Assembly (NCBI RefSeq): GCF_022539665.2
Contig: NC_081334.1
Span: 2,914,001 to 2,978,000 of the forward strand
Direction of reading: 5' to 3'
Origin: Daphnia carinata
Taxonomy: Eukaryota
DNA: 64,000 nucleotides
Part shown: positions 48,629-61,511 of the stretch, one piece after another
How the letters are laid out: each line of letters starts with the position of its first letter
How positions within the stretch are numbered: the first letter of the stretch is position 1
Notes under the pieces: generated by a model
Database searches by the model: none
Seen by the model: the letters and a program-made list of their open reading frames with translations, nothing else
What the model was told of the DNA's origin: nothing
Position numbers and translations under genes: made by a program

Positions 48629-49315
48629 CTGACAAGTCTATGTGTTTAATGAAATTTATCTTTTTAAAGAGTTTTAGAAAAGCGTTTCCGTAAAACTATA
48701 AACGAAATTTAAACTGTTCGATGTCTAGGACGAATGATGTTCGGTTAGTTTCTAGCAGAAGAATTGTACTGTCTTTAATGAGAAGTAGAAGTCTAATGGA
48801 CAAACGAAGAAATAGACTCGTTCGTTACAATGTAGGCTACTCAACGTTCATTTCGAATTCTAACGGGTAGGCTAGCTATTAACTCAGAATGTAAGAAGAG
48901 AGACTTTGTTATGTACGAAATAAAAATGAAGAAAGAGAAAAATGCAATACTCACCGTTATTTCGGCGTTGGTCCTAGGATTTACGGTCAGTATACCAATA
49001 ATAATAAGCGATGTTCCAGTTGCGTGAACGGAGTAATGGAGTCACAACTCAACTAAATTGCGCACTAGTATAACTGTTAAAATAGGGTCGAACGTGTATT
49101 GCAAAATGCACCCAAATTCCCGAAATATTTATTCATGCGTATCGAACCCAAAGTCTCCATTCAGGTGTAAGTAATATTTAATTTCCGTATTTATTGATAA
49201 CCTGAAAATATCATGAATGTATATATAATTAAGAGCCAGTATACGTAACGTTGTAGTAGCGGGGTCGTGTTGGACTGGCCAGCTTAGATAAAGGCTTTTT
49301 TGTTTATCACGTTAT

Positions 49316-50864
49316 CTAGTTCACAATATTGTCCATCTGAACTCGAACGGCAGAGCTGATTGCATCACTGGTAGCTTGACGGACGTGCGGATTACGCATT
49401 ACTCCCGAAGTGAATTCACTTCTAGCTTTAGCGAAGGAAGCTCCGCTGTTACGGTATAAGCGGCTAACCTTGAAAGTCACGCAAAAGACATCAACATATT
49501 ATTCGTCCTGTACAATTGTTTCAAACAATTTCTAAAACTCTTACTCGCACAAGAAGAAGAAAATCGCCCAAAGCGACCAATGCAAAACCGCACGCGATTA
49601 TCAACGCTATAATTGCAACAGCGATATTCCCTAGTAATTGAACATGACCACATAAAACAAAATTAATAAAAAAAAAAGAAAGGAAATAAAAAAAAAGGGA
49701 AGTTATAGCGGTGCCGGATCAGATTAAACTCACCGGAATCGTTTTCTTCACCGAATGCAGCCAAAGCAACAATGAAACCGCTGTTATTATAAGGAATGAC
49801 AATAGGGTTAGTTTAGCCTATTCGGTAATTTTAATGCTAAAAATTATTATTGTTTACCAGGTTCCCAAGTTGGGAAGACCCACAGCTTGAATAACTGTAG
49901 CAACCAATTGAGCGAAGAAAAAGACGAAAAACACCATGAAGTTAAACGAGCTGTCTGATCTGAAATTGGACACAATTAAAGTACGGAACAATTGAAAGTG
50001 GGCAAAGAATAAAAATATATGGAAGGGATGGAGACGGAATTTACCGGAATGCCTTGTAAGCGGGGCGGAACCAGACAAGATACGATGCGGGCGTGAAAAG
50101 GCAGCAATAAAGAATGGACAAGCCAAACATTGTTCCTTGGCCCAATTGAATAAACAAACCTAGGCAGCCTCCTACGTTGATCACGTATAAACAAGCATGA
50201 GCTGGAAACGATAAAAAGAAAAATGTTTAATAAATATTTCTTGAATAATTAGGTGAATTTGTACCTATCCATATCCAGTATATCATGTTGACGATGGGCT
50301 GAAATTCCACGTTGATTTCGACACTAATGTCTTGATAGAAGCATGGTTCGACGCAGAACTTACTGGGCAATGGTGGCCAGTTTTTTTCTTTCTTGTTTGC
50401 TACAAAGATGAATTGAAATTCGATTAAGCATCTTTTGGGATCTAAAAGAATTTAAATACCGTTGAATAGTACGCTATTTTGCAATTCTTCTTCTCGCCTT
50501 TGCAGTTCTTGAGCTTTACGCTCGAGATCTTCTTGCCGCTTCTACAACCGAAAGAGTTAAAGACGAATTCTTCGAGCAAAGGTTTTCGTTAAAAATACCT
50601 CGAAATCAGCTATAGATTCAAATGTCTGCTTTTGGGGTTGCTGTTTCTCTTGTGTAGGTAAAACGGCAGAAGTGGAAGGAACAGGAGACCCCTGAGGTTT
50701 TTGGTCCTTGAAAACCGAAAATTCAATTGAAAAGACAAAGTTTAAAGTGAATCAACACTTACCAAAGATGCAGTTGTTTCATTGCTAGAAAAAGGATTTG
50801 CAAAAGGGTTGTAATCTGCTAAAGGATCCATTCCAAACGCATATCCTCTAGACGGATCTTGCAT
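49316..50864 (-). CDS. SCAMP: Secretory carrier-associated membrane protein, paralog A (divergent), multi-exon
   Basis: [54 protein letters not shown], four TM segments, E-peptide variant [25 protein letters not shown]. The start codon is the less certain end. Confidence 0.88.
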
Positions 50865-51389
50865 GGCGTAAGTCTGAACAATCACTTTCTACCCCCTATT
50901 ACAAAAGTTTTACGCACCTTGCAAGCACAGACGATTGTTATCAGTTCGTTGGTTAATGTTAACGATAAGCAGCGAGGATGTAACTTGCTTGCTTTGAACA
51001 GATTAAGCGTACATATTTAATAACACTTTAAACAAATATCGCTGAAATCTTTGTGTTAAGGATCCCAGTTTATTGTTATGGGCCAAATTGAAGTCTGCCA
51101 GAAGTGTTAGTTTTCCGACTACCAGACCGTACACGCAATAATTTTATATAAATTCGACGATGATAATCAACAATTTGCAACTGAAACTGAAATCAGATAA
51201 TATATAAATTTTATATTTTCTGTAGGTTAGAAGAGGCTTGGGTCGTTGGTATCTTTTTGGGGGGAAGAGAAAAAGCAGACGACAGTTCTACAGCTCACAG
51301 CTATTTAATTCAGTAAAAGTTCTTGCATGAAAGCACGTTTTAATTTTAGTGGTTTTCCTCGAGCCGATTCATTCTAAAGACTTGGGGAA

Positions 51390-51973
<584 letters not shown>

Positions 51974-53026
51974 TCTTTTACAAATACCTGATAAGTATAA
52001 GCTATTTTGAATTAACATGTATTACATGTCTCGGAATTCCCTTTTTAAAAAATTGGTGTTCCTGCTTTATGGCATGCTGAAATACCCACTAATGGCTTAC
52101 TAACTTATGCCATCAGCAAAGTTAATGAAGCCATTTTGGGCCAGGAGTGAATGACACGTCACGTCAGACCTTCTGCATTGATGTAATTAACTGACACAAT
52201 GGCGGAAGTAAGATTGCCGAAAGATCTTGATTTGATGGTCTACAGCACGCTGTAATGGTTACTAACGGTACAAGTGTCTGGTGAGACAATGAAGTACGTC
52301 GCACTCCATCTCAGCCACACGACCGCCATTCACTGTTCAGATTTCAACAAGGAATCGGTATTTTCAAATAGTATACAGGAATTGTAAACTATTGAAATAT
52401 CTTTCATCCGCACAAGTGTCTAGCTGTTCTTTTTTCCATATTCCCTGTTTAAATGAAATATCTGTTGTGCGCCTCACTGTGCTGGAAACCCAGATGCCTA
52501 GCATACAAAACCAAAATTGAAGCAGGAGTGCATCTTTAACCGATAAACGTACCTCCGCCGTTCAGCGGTACATTTATTGAAAAGTTGGTGAACTAGTGTT
52601 CGATTGGAGGAACCCGTTTCGATAAATTACTTTGTTCTCAGCGATCGGCTCAACAGTTTGTTCAGCTTTGTGAAATTAAAACAGCTTTTGATTAAGGGAG
52701 ATCTGAAAAAACAAAAAACTTGGGTGACCGCATGCAGAACAAACGGAATTAGTGATTTTATAGCGCTCCGCTATACGACGAAGGTAAAGAGGGCGGGTAT
52801 TCAGCTAGCGTCAGGTCTTGCTTCTCTTGGTCAGGAAGCAGTGGATGTATTCCGTTCACAACGAGTTTGACTGCTGAAGCGATCGCTCGCGTTTTTCCTT
52901 TATACTCGCTACACTTCTTCAAAGAAAGTGACGATTGGCTACCAATAGTTTCCCGTTTATTAGATCCTCTACAGTTTTTATTTGTTTCCATGGAATTTTG
53001 ATTAATTTAACATCTGAACGTCAACA

Positions 53027-55874
53027 ATGTCTCAGCGGATCCAGTCATCTTCGCAGCTTTTCAGTACTTGCCAGGTAAGTCTTGCGAAAAATTCCAGTGT
53101 TCCGTGCCAATGGGGCGTTTGAAGATTGGCAAAAAAAAATTTGCATACATTCCCGAGAGGCAGCATTTTCTTAGACAAGCCTTTTGTGCGGTTGTTTACC
53201 GGAGTAACGGTATAAGAGTGCGTGAATGCATATTACCATTTATACACTGTGATAAGCTATCAACCCCGTACCCTTGTAGCCTTAGGGTTCAGGATGACCG
53301 CTGCTTTAACTCGATCGTAGCAAAAATGTTTGTATTCACTTTTTATTTCAAAGATGTCTTCTCGTTTTGTTCCTCGACTTAGTTTCTCCCATTTTACGAC
53401 GCAAGAGTATTTCACACCACACTACCGCTATGTTCCTTTTCCATCCTACTTTACCCCGTAATGTACCGTATGGTAATACAGTCCCCTAGAGCGCTATTTA
53501 CAACGAAATGTCAGTAGATGTAACCGTGGCCAAGAGCCAAAGACAACCGCACACCGGGCCACCTGTTGGAACCAGCCAGGGACGAGACGTCTCTTCCAGA
53601 GCCAAGTGGAATAACGGGATTTTTCCATACCATTTTTAGAATCGATCGCTGTTTGTTTAATCCCGGTTTTTTTCTTTTCCCTCTTTACTTTATACTTTAG
53701 ATCGTTATACTGTTGGTGCTTCTAGGCCAAGCGTGTCGAGGAGGATTGCAGCGACGTCAAGGCGAACCGTCCGAATATCCCGACGGTTATTTTCCGTTTG
53801 AGGAATCTCCGACGAGAACTCCACCTAAAGTGAGGAGACCCCCCTATGCACAGGCCGATGTTGATTGTCCAGGTATTTTTAAAGTCATCTTAACGGTTAT
53901 GAAATTTCTAAAAGATTATTCAATTTTTTCAATGGATTTTGGATCAAGGCATCGATTCACCTGCGGCTGGAGATGGAGGTGTTCAATCCCTGGACAACTT
54001 GTGTGGCGATCTCAACAAAGGCTACATCCCAAAGAGTCCTTTAGGTCGTAACGTCAATGGACATTCCTATCCTTTGTAAGTCATTAGGGTACAATGCAGT
54101 GCACTAAAATCGCCGTTATTCTTGTTGAGACGTACATTTTTTTTTTGCTCATTTGAATTCGTTATTCATCCTGGCATTCTTATTTTCTATTTCCTTCTAA
54201 TGACTTCCGCCTTGTGATGCATCAGCGAGCTCATCCGCAACAAGACGCTCGACTTCTTCAGTTCTACTTTGCCCATCCTGAAGGCTGACAAGAACCTGCC
54301 TAAATTGGCCAAATATGAAGATTTCGACGTTGTTGATAGAAACGACCAACAGTATATCGGAATTTTGTTCTATTTTCTTGTACGCTTGTTAAGTTGTTCT
54401 AACTTTCCATGTCTTTTACAGAATGTGGAAATCTAAAAGAAACAAGCGATACACTGATGAGGGGTCAGTCACACCGGAAGAAACCGAAGAGAAGAAAGAC
54501 TTGAGGCGACAGGGAAGGGGCTTGTGCGACAAAAATTATGGCATGTCAGTCAATTTGTGGGTTGGCAAAACCGTGACCGATTAACCATTAAAATATTTTT
54601 TTTTCTTCTTTATAGAATTTGTACGATTTTGAATCTTATCAATGGCCGTTTTATGTCGGCCATTAACCCACAGGAGAGGATTGAGAATCCTGATCTATTG
54701 CCATCCAATAACTATAACAACAAAAACAACAACGTATGCAACAATGTAGTTTGACAAGGTTGAACAGAGACAGTTATTGATACATTTTTTCTTTTAAACA
54801 GCAAATCGGAGAAGACCCGTTAACTCCTTGTCCTTCAGCGGCAGAATATGTCACTCCTGTTTACGCCAAGAATTATCAAGGTATTCCACTTGAGATATGT
54901 CAAAAAATTTCCGTTTCAGAAATGAACAAAGTGCCTTGACTCGGAACAAGTTTACACGAGTTGCATGAGTGTTATGTGTATGTTTAATGCAGGCGTTTGG
55001 CGTTACGTGGTTCAGATCCCCTACGAAGGCTATTTCACTCAGACCGTTGAAGTAACAAAATGCTTGTAAGTCGCTTCATTGTTATGCTGTCTTTAGAAAT
55101 TCTAACGATTGTTTTGATATTTGATTGATTTGCATACCGAAAGGAAAAAGAAATGCCATTTTATGGATGGCTCATGCCTAGCATCTCCGCGTTGGGTTAG
55201 TCTGTTGGTTGCAGAACTCTTTTACCCTCATGCTCGTTTCCCCTCTACCAAACCAGGTGAGAATCTTTATTTGTTGACAAAGATGTTACAATTATAACGG
55301 GGATATTTGGTTGTCGTTTAGGTGCTGCAAGTCATAGATCCATGAGTAAATCGGTGATTGGTAGTCTGAAAAGTCTTATTCCTCCACGTGTGCTACCAAA
55401 TCTACCGCCTTATATCCCTCGCAGTCTTCCGATCGTACAGCCTGAAACAGTCGAAGAAAGTACAGAACACGACCAAGTACCACATGAAGATGTACCAAAT
55501 GAAGAGCAAATACCAAACAAAGAAGATGTAGCAAACGAAGAGGAATTAGAACAATCATCTAGGTCTAAGAGGCAATCAGCGACGGACACGTCATCCACCA
55601 CAAAGCAGACCTATTGTGACGGTGTCGACGAGATCGGTTGCTATCAGGTTTGGGTGTTAATTCGACCGTATCTACAATATTTTTTCCTTATAAAAATATT
55701 ATGTTTTAGGTTCGGCTTTACTATGACTGGCTTCTCGTTCCTGGAAGTTGCAAATGCTGGTAAAATTTTTCTTTCACTGTTTTATCTTTGTACAAACATA
55801 ATTGATGTCTAATCCCATGATGTTTTTATTATATCAGGAAGCAAGATTTCTTCACAAAATATGGCCGTAAATAA
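53027..55874 (+). CDS. spz6: Spaetzle-6 (cystine-knot Toll ligand family), multi-exon
   Basis: Signal peptide split over exons 53027-53074 and 53701 onward. LCGDLNKGYIP; TPCPSAAEYVTPVYAKNYQGVWRYVVQIPYEGYFTQTVEVTKC..CHFMDGSCLASPRWVSLLVAELFYP, a low-complexity insert, then CDGVDEIGCYQVRLYYDWLLVPGSCKCW, characteristic of Spz6. Confidence 0.9.
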
Positions 55875-56964
55875 GCTGATAAGTCTACGTGTGGGAAACA
55901 AATGTCACTTTAATATTTATTCGTGGAACGGTCCGTCCATGCGTTAACTTTCTTCGCCTGTTTGCGTCCGACCACAGGATTTCGTAACTATGAAAAGATG
56001 TGTTTTCACATCGTCATGCTCATTTTTTTTTCCTTTTTGAAGTTGTGGGTTTTGTTCTTTTTTTTCCCTGTGTCTTAAAAATACTAGTTGGGATGAACTA
56101 GGTAGGTGAATGGGCGGCAATGGATAAAGAATGATGTCTATGTCCTTACCACTACGAAACGTATTGGAATTTCACAGTTGTGCATGCAAAAACTTTGTAG
56201 ACGAGCTGATTAATCGTGTATCTGAAGCATGGGAGACTGTCATGTATTTCCTCAATACAGCACACATAATCCACAAGTGGGCGAGTAGTAATGCTAGTAA
56301 GTATCAGGGCGACTATTAACTCTAAAAGAGCAAATGCAGTTGTCGCCAGAAGAGGCGATTATAACACATCAACATGAAAGAAGGTAAAAGGGTGAATTTT
56401 TAACGGGCAGACTAATATTTTAAATGTTATGCAGTTATATTCAATAACAGAATTGTTTTTTCTTACGACTATCCCTTAAAATTAGCAATACTTAGATTTG
56501 CTTGTCCACTTCAGGATGGATAGAATTTCAGAACTTTAGCAACTGTTACACAAACAATTCAGTTCTAGTCTTTTCTTTTGAAATGTAAAGAAACCAACGA
56601 AGTTTCAAACCTTTTATAGTTTGCCTCAAGATGCCTTATTAAAATACGGTTTCGGTATAGTGATTTCTTTTTCTCACGTAATTAACCTGACTGTGAAATG
56701 ACGAACAAGAGGAAACAGAAAAACAACAACGTTACAGAAATTGGAAAATAAAAAAAAAACAGCAAAAGGTTTGTATCGCAATGGTTGATAGATGTATAAA
56801 TCAAGTGAACGATTAGCTTATGAATAAAGAAATTCACACTTTTGTGTTCCGAGATTCTTCGCTCCCTCGCATTAACATGTAAATGTTTAAACTAGAAAAT
56901 GATGAGAGAAATGCCCGATGATTAAAGGGTGGAATTAGCGCTTGAAGAAGAATGTGAGAAACGC

Positions 56965-58793
56965 TTAGAACCGTGGACCTGTACCAGAGGTATTACTCAT
57001 CTGAGCTCGAACGGCAGAACCGACTACGTCGGCAGCGGCTCCGCGGACGTGCTCGTTGCGCATAACACCGGAAGTAAATTCCGCCTGAGCTTTAGAGAAA
57101 GAGGCTCCAGTGCTGCGGTACAAACGGCTAACCTTTAGGGAAAACGCACATCAGGTTTGTAGAAGAGATAATTAATTTGAACATTTAGGTGCTTCTTACT
57201 CTGACGAGAAGAAGGAAATCTCCCAAAGCAACAACTCCGAAGCCCAATCCAAGGATCAAAACTAGAATTCCAACAGCGAGATCTCCTAAATTTTAAAGGT
57301 GATCAAGTAAAATTATATGATCTCGTCGCTCCCAAAAGTTTATTTGATAGGCAACTCACCGCCACTTGTTCGTCCGCCGATCGTAGACAATCCAACTATG
57401 AATCCACTGTCCATCAAGAACCATAGTAATTACGCATTCATAACGTTTATATTATTGATGCTTACCATGTCCCCAAATTAGGTATGCCAATAGCCTGGAT
57501 AACGGTAGCTATCGTTTGGGCGAAAAAAATGACGAAAAACACCATGAAATTGAATGAGCTGTCAGATCTGAAAAGCAACCAAGTAAACAAAAAATCCCCG
57601 TTTAATGGCTCTATCAAGCAAAAACTAGTTTTCTAATATATGTGGACAAACCTGAACGCCTTGTAGACGGGTCGGAACCAGCAAAGATAGGAAGCTGGTG
57701 TGAATAGAATGCAGTACAGAATGGACAAGCCAAACATAGCTCCACTTCCTACTTGAATGAATAGAGCTAAGCAGCCCAATATGTTTAGAAGATACATCAA
57801 GGTATGTACTAAAAGTGGAAAAGTAAATAAATAAATGAATGTCGTGCATTAATCTTTATGTCTATCGAACATTTAACTTACACATCCAAATATAGTACAA
57901 CATCCGAACGATTTTTTGAAATTCCAATGGGATTTCCACATTAATGTCCTGATAGAAGCATGGTTGGACACAAAACTTGTCAGGCAATGGTGGCCAATTA
58001 TTACGCTGGGCTAAAATTTGATCAAAACACATCATTAGACACAAAAATACCTCTGACTAACTGAATGTGTTCTCACATACAGTTGAATGGTACATTATTT
58101 TTCAGCTCTTCTTCTCGCCTTTGCAATTCTTGTGCTTTACGCTCTAGCTCTTCTTGACGCCTCTAATACAGCCATAATAGGAATATAGTAATTTCACTTC
58201 ACTCATAGAAAAGATTTAAATACTTGAAAATCAGCAGCAGACATTGCTGCCTGTTGTTGGGGCTGTCCAGGAGATATCACAGGGGCAGCTTGGATTGTTG
58301 GTGGTGGATTAGCTCCACTTCCACGGTCCTTGAGATTTGTATTTTTAAAAACAAAATAAAAATTATAAGTAAATAATAACAAATAGATAAATGAAACAAA
58401 ACAACAAATAAAATGGATAAAAGAATAACAATAATAATAGTGAAAACACAAAAAAATTTTCAATTTTTTAAAGCATTTCTTTCTTTTTTACCATTGAAAT
58501 TTTTGTGGTTTGATTACTTCCATCAAATGGGTTGTATTCTTCAAGACCTTGTTGAGCTCTTGCAGCATTGTTCCCTGCAGCTTGCTGGACAGATGGATCC
58601 TATGTATACAAAAAACACAAACATCACTATTACAACTTCATAGAAAAGAGTGGGGAGTAAGTTGGTTCTTGTACGTGTGATTCATCAGGCTTCTAACCTA
58701 AGCTAATATAAGTGAATGAATGATTATATATTCTACCGCAAAGGGATTGAAAACTGCCGGCTCGGCAAAAGGGTTCTGATCAAATCCACTCAT
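56965..58793 (-). CDS. SCAMP: Secretory carrier-associated membrane protein, paralog B (canonical), multi-exon
   Basis: [21 protein letters not shown].., third NPF (EYNPF), [41 protein letters not shown]-peptide [18 protein letters not shown]. Confidence 0.93.
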
Positions 58794-59175
58794 TGTTTTT
58801 CTTTAGACAATGATTCCGAATGGTGTTTAACGATTTATCTGACAAATTCGTTCCCTAAAATACTGAGATAGCTTTGCGTTTAGTCACTTTAGCCACACGG
58901 CACACGAAACGTCAACTGCAGAAACAAGTATACAGACCGAAAACTTCTATTAGTTGCTAAATAACAGGTAAGCAACGCTGACTTCACCAGGAATGTTTTT
59001 TAAAGAAACATTTTAATTATGTCCGTGTAACGTCAACATTAGTTTAACAGTTATTAAAGTTTTTTAAACTATAGAATTAGCTTATCCTTTCTTCTTTTTT
59101 TATTTACTAGGAAAATTAAAAAGTTTTGGCAATCTTGCTGAGTGGTGTGCGAAATTACTCGAAAAACCCACAAAA

Positions 59176-60533
59176 ATGGCTGAGCCTGACTGGGGTATAT
59201 ATTTTTAAAAATATTTTACACCTTAAGATGTTTAGAATTGTGCATAGTTGCAATAACATCCGTTACTTTTCATAACGTGTTAAATTATATTTGCAACGAA
59301 TACAACTTATTTCGGTTTTTTTCGGAACGACAGATGCCGAGGATTTTGAACCTCAAGTACCTGCACCAGTTGCTACTGCCATTATTTCAGATAAATGGGA
59401 GGGTGAGGATGAAGATGAACCTGTAAAGGTGAGTGTAATATATATCAATGTTGTCTTATTATGGAATGTTCATTAAGTTTAAATATACTATTTTTCATTG
59501 GAAGCTCAAGCTTGCTAATCCCAGTCTTTTTCTGTCCTATTTTTTTCACTTTCACTTTTCAACTATCTACTCGGGTTTTGTGTGCCATATTAATCTACCT
59601 ATTTTAGCTATGTCTGATCATCTTTTATGATTATTTGTTTACGGTCTTTCTTCTTTACTACAGGAAAGCTGGGAAGATGAAGAAACAGAACCTAAGCCTG
59701 TTGAAACCAAAACAGCACCCACAGTAAGTCATTTATTGCCCGTTCATTTATTCACAAACATTGAAACATTTTTAATACTTAATCTAGTCTACAAAGAAAA
59801 AGTCAAGTAAAAGATTAGAAGAAAAAATAGCAGAAAAAGAAAAAAAAACCAAACAAGAAGCTGAAGCCAGAAGAATGTTACAAGAAGCGAATATGACACC
59901 AGAAGAGAGAATAGCAGAGAAGCTTCGGAGACAAAAACTAGTTGAAGAATCAGATTTTGAAATGGCAAAAGAAACCTTTGGTGAGTTGATTTCAATATTA
60001 AGTTCCATAATGATTATTGATTGCTTCTCCTATGAGGCAATTATTTTGGCTTTAGTATAAGTAAGTCTAATTGTTGATGGTGTCTATGTGTTTGAAGGTA
60101 TCACAGGTACATTACCTGCAGAAGGAAGCATAGATCAAGCAAACCCATCTTCAAAAGAAGAGTTTGTAGAATTAAAAAATAGTTTGTTGAAAAAGCTACA
60201 GTCATTTTCAAGTAAAGCACCCTACAATGACTTTATAGAAGACTTAATCAAAGATATCTGCATTGGATGTAAGTCAATACCTTTGCTACATTAGGTTTTT
60301 CTAGAGTTAACCTTTTTTTTTTCAACTGTCGCCTTTCTGCAGTGGAAGTGGATGTCCTTAAAAAGGTCAGCTTAACTTCAAAATCTCTGCATGAAGAAAA
60401 ACTTAAGATGGTAAAGGCTGCAACGAAAGGTGGAAAGAAAGGAAAAGCAAAGGTCACCTTAAAAATGGACAAAGGAGTAGTTGACAACTTCGATGATGAT
60501 TTCGGTGGTGGAGACTACGACGACTTCATGTAG
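59176..60533 (+). CDS. eIF3j: Eukaryotic translation initiation factor 3 subunit J
   Basis: MAEPDWDAEDFEP..DKWEGEDEDEPVKESWEDEE..TPEERIAEKLRRQKLVEESDFEMAKETFG..KKGKAKVTLK..DYDDFM*. Head-to-head with SCAMP B (about 380 bp between ATGs). Confidence 0.95.
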
Positions 60534-61133
60534 GGTCCAACTGGTTTTCTTTTGTTTTTGACGGCAAAGGTTTATTGGTGAAATAAATGTATGATTTTGC
60601 CATATTGCCTGCGTTCATTTATAATTGTATTATTTTTTTTTTTCAGCCGTCCTTAGCTAAAACATAGGATTTGGTTCCCCTGCTAAAACTAACCACTGGA
60701 TGCCGCTGAGTTAAACTACGATATCTTACAGAAGTATTATTTGAAAAAAACAGGAGTTAAAGAAAAAGCATTTGAGCATAGCACGACGGAACTAAGCGTA
60801 AGAAACATTTGCTTTAATTTTAATCGTATTGCGTAGTTTAGGATTCAAAAGGCCTCGTGATGACTCATAGTGGGATTCGAAACACTTCGTTTTATCGGCG
60901 TGGTGTGAAAGTATCGAACTAAAATTGATTTGGTACCACAGCTACATTTTTTTAGCGGTTCTCCGTGGCAAATTCTGTAACGACTACCTACTCAATCAAA
61001 AAGTCTTTAGTTTACTTTGTCTCGCAGTGACAAAGTTTGCAAAGAGAGCGTAAAAATAGAGTTGCCGGATGATAATTAGCATGGAGGGTGGTAACATACA
61101 ATGCAGCAACGCGAATAAGTTTTCAAACCAAGT

Positions 61134-61397
61134 GTTGCTAAGCAACTTGGTGAAACAGCATTACAAACAGCTTTGTGAAACACTACACTTTTATATGGAA
61201 AAGGGTATGTTGTGCGAGGGCAGCGTGTATTAGAACTTAGTTTACCCTGCACACTTAAAAATTCAACAAAAATGCTTTGCGCTCTGCGTTACGCGATTAG
61301 AATTAACGTTACCTGTGTACGTCATGGGTTGTTGCCCTAGCGTCAAACATCCCCTTGCCGAATCAATAACTGAAGCGTTTATCCTTGCTATAGCAAC
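61134..61397. promoter_or_regulatory. RFX X-box cluster upstream of CCDC39
   Basis: GTTGCTAAGCAAC (61134-61146), GTTGCCCTAGCGTC (61331-61344) and CTTGCTATAGCAAC (61384-61397) resemble the X-box GTTNCCATRGNAAC. Confidence 0.6.
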
Positions 61398-61511
61398 ATT
61401 AACACTGCAAAGGCGATCAATCTTAGTTGTTTGTTCGAACTGTTTATACCTCCCTGGTTGCAGTAGATCGTTGTTGAATTAAAAGAGAAGTCTACTAAAT
61501 ATTAAACAAGA

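Noticed and set aside
59429..60098. Intronic snoRNAs in the longer eIF3j introns
   Set aside because: No convincing C/D box pair with terminal stem or H/ACA architecture seen by eye.
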